This document shows, in pieces, positions 56,842 through 64,000 of a stretch of DNA of 64,000 nucleotides (positions are counted from its first letter, which is position 1; every line of letters begins with the position of its first letter). The stretch lies in contig JBNJFP010000003.1 of assembly GCA_051746985.1 (NCBI GenBank), forward strand, positions 52,018 to 116,017. The letters are read 5' to 3'. The DNA is from Bacteroidota bacterium. GTDB taxonomy: Bacteria > Bacteroidota > Rhodothermia > Balneolales > Balneolaceae. Below the pieces are notes generated by a model. That model had not been told where the DNA came from and did no database searches. It saw only the letters and a list, made by a program, of their open reading frames with translations. The translations under genes were made by a program, and so were the position numbers.

Positions 56842-58452
56842 TCAGTTTTGATCGGATATAGGGAGCTTGATGACACAAATGGTGCCAAGTTTGTATTTTA
56901 CCTGTTCCACATTGGTGTTGTCATCCCACACCTCCAAGATAGCATTTTCTTTGTCAGGTTTTTCAAAATGTATCGACCCCCTGTGGGCTTTTACAATTTC
57001 ATTGCAGATCGAAAGACCCAAGCCCGTACCATTGGGTTTTGTTGAGAAAAAGGGATCGAATATTTTTGGTTTTATCTTGTCAGACATTCCCAGACCAAAA
57101 TCTCTTATTTTTATGAGGATATGGTCTTGCCCTTCAGCAAAGGACGTAGAAATGATAATTTCACATATTTCGGGAGAAGCTTCTACCGCATTTTTCAGAA
57201 CGTTTGTAAACACATGCTGCATCGACTCACTATCGGCATAAATCTGTGGCAGGTCGGCCTGGAGATCCTTCGTAAAGGTGATGGTATGGGTTGGATAAGC
57301 TTCTTTCAAACGGTTGGCCTTTTCGTTTAGCAAACTGTTAACATCTATTTCTTGGTGGGAGTTAACCGCTGGTTTTGAAAAAAGCAATAGCCGTTTGATT
57401 AATTTAGATACCCGCTCAATTTCGTTATGGACGATTTGTAAGGATTCATCAGAAATAAGCGCTTGGTGATCCTGCCCATTGCTGATCTTTCGCAGTTTGC
57501 GCTCCCAGATTTGTACGCGTGTTTTAATGATGGATATGGGGGTATTGATTTCATGAGCCGTTCCTGCAATTAAATTACCGAGGGTTGCCATTTTTTCTTT
57601 TTGGAAAAGCTCTTTTTCCAACTTTTTGCGCTTCTTTTGTTCCTTCTGCTGTGCATCGGTCATTTCATTAATGGCCTTGCTGATCTCTCCGAGTACTCCT
57701 CTGTATTCTTTTAGCCGGTGAGATGAGTCGTATTTCATTTTTGAGAGGCCCTCTTTAATCTCTTCCATGCGCTTACGAAGTCCCCAAACAATAAGTACGG
57801 TAAAGAATAGTCCTAATAAAATGGCCCCCACCGTTAAAAAGAAAGTGCCACTTTGAATATTTTGAGAGGTAGAGAGTTTCCGTTCAATGTGGATACGTGC
57901 CCAGGCGGCGCCAATAAGTTCCCCATCCACATAAATGGGTTGTGTGGTTAATGGGAAAACGGCTGGATCGAACCGATGGACTTCGGTTAACAGCGTATCA
58001 TCCTGGATGGTCTTGCGAGCCTGTTCACGAATAATATTATACGATCGGGGAGGAGGACCAAAAGCGGGCTTGGGATCCTCAATAGTTGGAAAGCTATATC
58101 CGATAAACTCATCGAGTTCATAAAAATATAATCCCCCTTCAATCCGGTGAAAATTGCTGAGTACATTTTCAACATCTTGTGATAAAAGAGAGTCGGCCTT
58201 CCGCTCGTCTTGCTTGGTGATTTTATCTTTGTCAGCTAAATATTGCTCCCAGGCTGGTTTCAAGTCTTCTTCGGCCGCTTGCCTGACTTTCTTAACGGCT
58301 GTTTGAGTCATGTTTTTATTATCCTCAATAATCTCATCAGCAGATTTAAGAACGCCCTTATAAAGATAGAACGAAGCAATAGTAATAAATAGAATGACAA
58401 AAGCGGCAAGCAGAATAATTTGATGGTTCTTTTGTATGCCGGAAAAATTCAT
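56842..58452 (-). CDS. sensor histidine kinase
   Basis: N-terminal TM, extracytoplasmic region and a second TM. H-box AGTAHEINTPISII and ATPase G-boxes DFGLGM and GTGLGLSI. Confidence 0.9.
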   Translation of the reverse strand: MNFSGIQKNHQIILLAAFVILFITIASFYLYKGVLKSADEIIEDNKNMTQTAVKKVRQAAEEDLKPAWEQYLADKDKITKQDERKADSLLSQDVENVLSNFHRIEGGLYFYELDEFIGYSFPTIEDPKPAFGPPPRSYNIIREQARKTIQDDTLLTEVHRFDPAVFPLTTQPIYVDGELIGAAWARIHIERKLSTSQNIQSGTFFLTVGAILLGLFFTVLIVWGLRKRMEEIKEGLSKMKYDSSHRLKEYRGVLGEISKAINEMTDAQQKEQKKRKKLEKELFQKEKMATLGNLIAGTAHEINTPISIIKTRVQIWERKLRKISNGQDHQALISDESLQIVHNEIERVSKLIKRLLLFSKPAVNSHQEIDVNSLLNEKANRLKEAYPTHTITFTKDLQADLPQIYADSESMQHVFTNVLKNAVEASPEICEIIISTSFAEGQDHILIKIRDFGLGMSDKIKPKIFDPFFSTKPNGTGLGLSICNEIVKAHRGSIHFEKPDKENAILEVWDDNTNVEQVKYKLGTICVIKLPISDQN

Positions 58453-58525
58453 AACAAATATTAAGTCTGTTCTCTAAGTCATCGTCAATGTAAGAAATGC
58501 AGAAACAGTGCCATAAAACAAAAAA

Positions 58526-58542
58526 TAGTTAGGGGCTAACTA
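58526..58542. promoter_or_regulatory. perfect inverted repeat, candidate enhancer (UAS) site
   Basis: TAGTTAG-GGG-CTAACTA lies about 125 nt upstream of the -24/-12-like element at 58664. Confidence 0.3.
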
Positions 58543-58663
58543 AAGGTTAATTAATATGGGCTACGATAGATAGCGTGTGCGGATTTATTACAAAGTGTGA
58601 TAAATCATGACAACCATCTGTACCAAGAGTGCCTCTTGGTCTGTATAAGCACGTAAATATAGC

Positions 58664-58679
58664 TGGCATAGTTATTGTA
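58664..58679 (+). promoter_or_regulatory. sigma54-type -24/-12-like promoter upstream of susC-like gene
   Basis: TGGCAT-AGTTA-TTGTA has the correct GG-N10 spacing, with -12 TTGT in place of TTGC. It lies about 87 nt upstream of ATG 58766 and is divergent from the sigma54 activator operon. Confidence 0.35.
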
Positions 58680-58765
58680 AATTTATACTACGGACGGCAA
58701 CAGATTTAAGTTTTTAGGCTTGAATCGTTATTTACATAAGTTAATAAATATAAAATATCAGGGAC

Positions 58766-61753
58766 ATGGAGTTACATACATACAGGCGGATTTTATTTAA
58801 GGATGTAATTAAAAAAATAGGAGTTGTCATTACGGCAACAGTGATGATGCTCTTTATTTCAACGGATGGTTTTGCAGATGCTGGAATTACCGGGGATGCG
58901 TTGGCTGGATCTATTTACGGTACGGTGGTTGACGCCCAAACCGGAGAGCCGTTACCCGGTGCCAATGTTATATTGGAAGGCACCAATCAAGGTACTTCGG
59001 TAGATGCCAATGGTAATTATGAGCTAACAGGTGTTGAGCCGGGAACGCACACGCTTGTTGTTCGTTTCGTGGGGTTTCAGGAATTTCGCCAGGAGGTAGA
59101 AGTTTCCGATGAGCAATCCACAGAGGTTAACATAGAACTCCAGGAAGAGTCGGTTGGCCTTGACGAAGTGGTTGTTACAGCAACAGGAGAAATGCGTTCC
59201 AAAGAAGTTGGAACCAGTCTATCGAGAATTGATGCCAATGAATTTGAAGCGGGTTCGGTAAGTAATACCGAAGATATACTAAATGGCAGGGTGACCGGTG
59301 CTACCATACTATCTAATTCAGGGAATCCCGGTACGGGAGGTACAATCAGGCTGCGGGGAAACAATAGTATTTCGCAGAACAACAATCCTATTATTTACGT
59401 GGATGGAGTTAGAATCAGTAGTGGCAGCACTCCAACTCATCAAGCTTCCAGGCAATCATCATCACCACTAAATGATATTAATCCGAGTGATATTGAAAAT
59501 ATTGATATTGTAAAAGGAGCGGCCGCAACAACCCTATACGGAACGGAAGCCTCGGGCGGAGTTATCAGAATTACAACCAAGCAAGGCCGGTCTGGCGAAA
59601 CCCAATGGAATGCTGGTATTACCGGTGGATTTAATAATATAGGACACTTTGGTCCCAAGGAAGATAATCCCACAGGCTTATTTATGGGAAGATGCCGTGG
59701 TGATGGTTTGGAAACCTACGATGGGACGACCTTTGAGGATGCGAACTGCCCCGATAATGATTCCTGGCTGCAAAATGGTTTGGTGCAGCGTTATAACTTA
59801 GATGTTTCCAGCGGTGTCGATAATTTCACGTATTACTTGTCGGGTGAATATGAAAATGAAGAAGGTGTCATCAATAATGGTGGTGGAACCCGTGGATTAG
59901 GGTTCCGTGGTAACTTCCAGTTTAATCCTATTGATGAGGTATCCATAACCTATAACTCATCTTATAACAACGACAACACTGATTGGGTGCCTTCTGGTAA
60001 TAATGGCGATGGTTTTGTGCTGAATGTAACGCGTGGCCCGGGCGGTAACTTTTCTGGTGCCTCGGGTTGTGACGATCCTAATGCCATTTGTGTTGACAAT
60101 GGAGAAATCCTTGAAAGCGTGAATATTTCTAACAGGGAGCACTTTGTTAATAGCCTGGTTATTGAAACCAATACGTTTGAAAACCTCAGTAACCGATTGA
60201 CCTTTGGGTACGATTACAATACTTCTGAATTGGAGTCAACCCAGAACTTTGGATACTCGAGAACGCCTTTAGGTCAGCAAAGTATCACCGATTGGAAAGA
60301 AACGGTTCTTTCATTTGAATATCTTGGAACGTTAGATCAGGCAATAAATGAAGACATTAACCTGACGTTAAACTGGGGTGGACAACTTTATAGAGAAAAA
60401 TCGCAAACGACCGACTTGTTTGCCGAAGATTTTTCGGGTCCTCAGGAACCTACACTTACCTCCGGAGCACGAACGAACATTAGTGGCGACTCCAGGATTA
60501 CCGTTACAACCGGTGGATTTTTTGGTCAGGCCGCTTTCGACTTATACGACAAGTTGTTTGTTGAAACCGGGGTCCGTGTAGATGGGCACTCGGCTTTCGG
60601 TGACAATTATGGGTTAGAAGTATATCCCAAGGTAAGTACCTCTTATGTGCTATCGGATTACGATTTTTGGCCTACCTCGTGGTGGAATACCATGCGATTG
60701 CGTGCCGCAGTTGGACAAGCTGGTCAGGCCCCGGGAGCTTTTGACGCCGTTCGAACCTGGCGGCCCATTGCCGGGGAAGATGGTCAGCCCGGATTTACGC
60801 CAAATCAAATTGGTAACCCTGATCTTGGACCCGAGCGAAGTACGGAATTTGAAACCGGCTTTACTGCCAGTTTTCTTGACGGCCGGGTATCCACAGATTT
60901 TACCTACTATGATCAAACAACGACGGATGCGCTAATTCCGATACCTTCGGTCCCTTCTGAAGGATTCCTTGCATCACAGGTACAAAATGTAGGTGAGGTT
61001 AAGAACAGTGGAATTGAAGCCGATTTGGATCTTACCGTCTTACAGTTATCGGATGTTCAATGGGATATGAAATTCGGTTTTTCCAAAGAAAATAGTGAGG
61101 CCGTAAATTTAGGCAATACCGATGAAATTACTGTTGCCTACTTTGCACGAACATATATTAAAGAAGGCTATCCGGTTCCGGGAGTCTTTGGGGCTAAAAT
61201 TACCAACCCGGATGAGGTTGCCGATCCAGAATATGAGGAAGATCATTATTTTGGTCCGTCATATCCTGATAAATCTATTTCATTGGGTACCACTATTCGA
61301 CTTAAGGATGGCCTTGTATTAGATGCCTTGGGTGAATTCAAATACGGTGGTTACATGTTAAACGGAACGGCCTATCAAAATGTACGCCGTGGTGTATGGC
61401 CCTCGTGCTATGATTCGCAGCAACAAGATCCTTCTTCGCTTACAGCAAGCGAAAGAGCAAGATGTGCGCTAAACTCCGGCGATGTAAGTCCACGGTACGA
61501 CCATTGGATTGAGTCAACAGACTTTTTTAAGCTGCGTCACATTTCTTTGACCTATAATTTCCCCGAGAAATTATTAGTGGGCGGGGTTCAATCGGCTAAG
61601 CTTAAGTTAGCAGCCCGCAATTTGTTGACAATCACTGACTATTCAGGAACCGATCCTGAGATAGACGATTATCGCAACAGCTTGGCACGGCGCGATTATT
61701 ATGCTATGCCAACGTACAGATCCTTTTTAGCAACGTTTAACTTCTCGTTCTAA
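58766..61753 (+). CDS. SusC/RagA-family TonB-dependent outer-membrane receptor
   Basis: N-terminal CarboxypepD_reg-like domain (GTVVDAQTGEPLPGANV), a plug (LDEVVVTATG) and a large barrel ending in ..TFNFSF. 995 aa. Confidence 0.9.
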   Translation: MELHTYRRILFKDVIKKIGVVITATVMMLFISTDGFADAGITGDALAGSIYGTVVDAQTGEPLPGANVILEGTNQGTSVDANGNYELTGVEPGTHTLVVRFVGFQEFRQEVEVSDEQSTEVNIELQEESVGLDEVVVTATGEMRSKEVGTSLSRIDANEFEAGSVSNTEDILNGRVTGATILSNSGNPGTGGTIRLRGNNSISQNNNPIIYVDGVRISSGSTPTHQASRQSSSPLNDINPSDIENIDIVKGAAATTLYGTEASGGVIRITTKQGRSGETQWNAGITGGFNNIGHFGPKEDNPTGLFMGRCRGDGLETYDGTTFEDANCPDNDSWLQNGLVQRYNLDVSSGVDNFTYYLSGEYENEEGVINNGGGTRGLGFRGNFQFNPIDEVSITYNSSYNNDNTDWVPSGNNGDGFVLNVTRGPGGNFSGASGCDDPNAICVDNGEILESVNISNREHFVNSLVIETNTFENLSNRLTFGYDYNTSELESTQNFGYSRTPLGQQSITDWKETVLSFEYLGTLDQAINEDINLTLNWGGQLYREKSQTTDLFAEDFSGPQEPTLTSGARTNISGDSRITVTTGGFFGQAAFDLYDKLFVETGVRVDGHSAFGDNYGLEVYPKVSTSYVLSDYDFWPTSWWNTMRLRAAVGQAGQAPGAFDAVRTWRPIAGEDGQPGFTPNQIGNPDLGPERSTEFETGFTASFLDGRVSTDFTYYDQTTTDALIPIPSVPSEGFLASQVQNVGEVKNSGIEADLDLTVLQLSDVQWDMKFGFSKENSEAVNLGNTDEITVAYFARTYIKEGYPVPGVFGAKITNPDEVADPEYEEDHYFGPSYPDKSISLGTTIRLKDGLVLDALGEFKYGGYMLNGTAYQNVRRGVWPSCYDSQQQDPSSLTASERARCALNSGDVSPRYDHWIESTDFFKLRHISLTYNFPEKLLVGGVQSAKLKLAARNLLTITDYSGTDPEIDDYRNSLARRDYYAMPTYRSFLATFNFSF

Positions 61754-61764
61754 GAGGATATACC

Positions 61765-63000
61765 ATGAAATTGATTCCAAAGAAATTGAAGACACAAAAA
61801 TCGAATGTTATGAAGAAACTAATATCAGTAATAGCGATTATTACTTTAATAAGTGGTTGTGATGTCCAGAATCCAGGGCCTATAGAGGAGAGTTCATTAG
61901 ATTCTGAAGAGGCCGTGCCCGGCTTGGTCGTGGGGATGTCTGCAGACCTTTCCTTTGCATATCGTTCTACGACCTACTGGGGTAGTATCTGGGCTGACGA
62001 GCAGACCCATAGTGGAACATTTTCAGCGCCCACTGTTTTTAGTAGTGGCGAAATAAATAGTGCAGATGTTGATCCCTGGTGGGAAGATGCCCAACGTGCA
62101 CGATGGGTAGCCGAAGATGGTATCGAAAGAATAGAAGGTATCCTTGGGGATGATGAATTCAATAACAGTCCAGATGTGGCCAAGGCATATCTTTATGCGG
62201 GATATTCGAACCGCATGTTAGGTGAAAATGCCTGTAACGCTGTAATTGATGGCGGAGAACGACAACCCAATACTGTTCATTTTGAACGAGCAGAAGAGCA
62301 TTTTTCCAATGCCTTAACTATAGCAGATAATCTGGGAGATGATCATTTATACAACGCCGCACTGGCAGGACGTGCATCAGTTCGAGCTGCGTTGGGTAAC
62401 TGGACCGAAGCAGCCAATGATGCTGTAGATGTCCCCATCGATTATGTGTTCGAGGCCGTATATTCAATAAACAGTGCCCGCGAAAATAACGACTGGCCTT
62501 CCCGAACTACCGAAAGAGGAGAGTACACCGTTTGGGATACACAGTGGGAAGGCGTTGACGATCCCCGGCTTCCGCAAGAAGTACAGGAAACTTCCGAAGG
62601 CGATACCGCAACGGCAGCTAATGGTACTACGCCCTGGATTACCCAGATGAAGTATCCGTCTGATGATACAAATATAGCCCTTTCCAAAGGAACCGAAATG
62701 CTGCTAATTCGTGCGGAAATGGAATTGCGCGAAAACCAGGATTTTGATCAGGCAATGGATTACATCAACCAGGGAAGAGATTACCACGGGCTGTCAGACC
62801 TAAGCGCAAATGATCTTGAAGAAGCGTGGGGACACCTGCAGGACGAACGCGGCAAAGACATGTGGTTGGAAGGCCGTCGTTTTTGGGATCTCAGAAGATG
62901 GTATGAAGATTCCGGTCCCGCCAACAACAACTATCTTGATCCCCAAGACAAGTGTGTACCCATCGGACAGGGAGAGCTTGATATGAACGAAAATTTATAA
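61765..63000 (+). CDS. RagB/SusD-family lipoprotein
   Basis: Lipobox LISGC (an alternative start at ATG 61810 gives MKKLISVIAI..). It lies 11 nt after susC, and the C-terminus RRFWDLRRW is typical. Confidence 0.85.
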   Translation: MKLIPKKLKTQKSNVMKKLISVIAIITLISGCDVQNPGPIEESSLDSEEAVPGLVVGMSADLSFAYRSTTYWGSIWADEQTHSGTFSAPTVFSSGEINSADVDPWWEDAQRARWVAEDGIERIEGILGDDEFNNSPDVAKAYLYAGYSNRMLGENACNAVIDGGERQPNTVHFERAEEHFSNALTIADNLGDDHLYNAALAGRASVRAALGNWTEAANDAVDVPIDYVFEAVYSINSARENNDWPSRTTERGEYTVWDTQWEGVDDPRLPQEVQETSEGDTATAANGTTPWITQMKYPSDDTNIALSKGTEMLLIRAEMELRENQDFDQAMDYINQGRDYHGLSDLSANDLEEAWGHLQDERGKDMWLEGRRFWDLRRWYEDSGPANNNYLDPQDKCVPIGQGELDMNENL

Positions 63001-63103
63001 GCCAATCTAATATCCCAAAAGCAGTATTCTGATTCCTTTTTTATACAGAGTCTGTTTTTGGGATATATTTTTCTATAAAAATAAACTATTAATCAATATT
63101 ACT

Positions 63104-64000
63104 ATGAGCAGGAAAAATATATCTGCGTTAGAAAATTATGCCCAGCTTCAACACCTGATTGTACTTTTGCTCTTTTTATTTGTGGCTTGTACTCCACAAG
63201 AAGGGGCCCAGATTGTTGATAATGAATCAGACCGTGGAAAGCGATTGGTGGGGGAACAGGCAATGGTGAGTTCCGCGCATCCCCTGGCAAGTGAAGCCGG
63301 ATTGGAAATGTTGGAAAAGGGCGGAAATGCCGTTGACGCCGCCGTAGCAACTGCTTTTGCTTTAAATGTAGTGGAGCCAAATATGTCGGGCGTAGGGGGC
63401 GGTGGCAGTATGTTAGTTTGGGATAAAAATGAAAAGGAATCGGATTATGTCGATTTCTATTCTGCAAAACGTGCCGAGTCTTATAAGGATGTAAACTATG
63501 ACCAATACGGAGAGGATGACTTTAATCTTTTATCCACTGGCATCCCGGGTACCGTAGATGGTTTGTTACAAGCTTTGGAACAACATGGAACGATGAGTCG
63601 CGAAGAGGTTATGGGGCCGGCCATTGAATATGCTACAGAAGGATTTCCGATCTATATGACGCTGGCCCAGTTTATCAGGGATGAAGAGGAAAAACTAACG
63701 CGTTATGAAGGAGCTAAGAAAACCTTTTATCCTGATGGAGAACCGCTGGACGTTGGGGAAGTCCTGAAGCAGCCAGAGTTGGCGGAAACACTGCAATCTA
63801 TTTCTGACGAAGGGGCCTCAGCTTTTTACGAGGGCGAAAATGCTCAGGATATTGTGGAGGTGCTTAACGAGGCGGGGAACCCCGCAACCGTTGATGATCT
63901 CTCAGAGTATGAGCCTCAATGGGATAAAACACCTTTAAAAGGCCATTATAAAGATTACCAGTTACTTTCTGCGCCCCTCCCGCAAACCGGTGTTTATATA
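63104..64000 (+). CDS. ggt: gamma-glutamyltransferase, N-terminal part (3' end lies outside the window)
   Basis: This gene is absent from the ORF track because no stop is reached. The frame is open from ATG 63104 to 64000 (299 codons). It encodes MVSSAHPLASEAGLEMLEKGGNAVDAAVATAFALNVVEPNMSGVGGGGSMLVWD, which is typical of GGT. Confidence 0.8.
   Translation, partial: MSRKNISALENYAQLQHLIVLLLFLFVACTPQEGAQIVDNESDRGKRLVGEQAMVSSAHPLASEAGLEMLEKGGNAVDAAVATAFALNVVEPNMSGVGGGGSMLVWDKNEKESDYVDFYSAKRAESYKDVNYDQYGEDDFNLLSTGIPGTVDGLLQALEQHGTMSREEVMGPAIEYATEGFPIYMTLAQFIRDEEEKLTRYEGAKKTFYPDGEPLDVGEVLKQPELAETLQSISDEGASAFYEGENAQDIVEVLNEAGNPATVDDLSEYEPQWDKTPLKGHYKDYQLLSAPLPQTGVYI

Noticed and set aside
63102-63467. 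121-aa - strand ORF
   Set aside because: It is antisense to the clearly coding gamma-glutamyltransferase frame that runs off the window end, and its Pro/Arg-rich composition is typical of shadow ORFs.
1-64000. Search for CRISPR arrays, IS elements, integrases, toxin-antitoxin or restriction/defence gene clusters
   Set aside because: I found no regularly spaced repeats, terminal inverted repeats or recognisable defence or mobility enzymes. The window looks like core or stress-adaptive chromosome rather than a mobile island.

Overview
This is a gene-dense 64-kb chromosomal window with about 58 protein genes. I saw no rRNA, tRNA, CRISPR array, transposase, integrase or phage genes. SusC/SusD pairs, many lipoprotein exoenzymes, an A2-type (YSHP) heme-copper oxidase subunit I and acidic proteins suggest a Bacteroidota/Rhodothermota/Balneolota-like organism; this is inference only. 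Layout: 1-6.4 kb holds the tail of a SusD gene followed by secreted phosphodiesterase, PLD, sulfatase and phosphoesterase genes. 6.4-16 kb holds membrane proteins, a class A beta-lactamase-like hydrolase, lexA, osmC, cysE-cysM and an MMPL/RND exporter. 16-55 kb is a stress and redox block: DUF892, SDR, a Met-rich periplasmic operon, an acyl-CoA synthetase/E1ab/E2/ACP operon, a cytochrome c-porin/pentaheme/cupredoxin cluster, two DksA-like genes, USP, MgtC-like, Hsp20, a solitary oxidase subunit I, ZIP, a P-type ATPase, HemG-like, SQR-like, a MacAB-like ABC exporter, PRTase, an M50-CBS protease, ppsA, two DLH paralogs and archease. 55-64 kb holds a sigma54-dependent two-component system divergent from a SusC/SusD pair, then a partial gamma-glutamyltransferase. 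Four observations stand out. (1) Two paralogous ~260-nt non-coding elements each end in a TPP riboswitch aptamer whose P1 helix directly abuts a U-tract. Neither has a downstream ORF, and both point antisense into neighbouring genes. (2) A 15-bp palindrome, TAGGrA-N3-TyCyTA, recurs 70-140 nt upstream of ten or more transcription units in the stress block, which suggests a regulon. (3) A monoheme cytochrome c is fused to an outer-membrane-barrel-like domain and sits next to a pentaheme cytochrome and an azurin-like protein. (4) An E3-less 2-oxoacid dehydrogenase operon is translationally coupled to an ACP. All motif coordinates were counted by hand and may be off by 1-2 nt. No database search or folding program was run.
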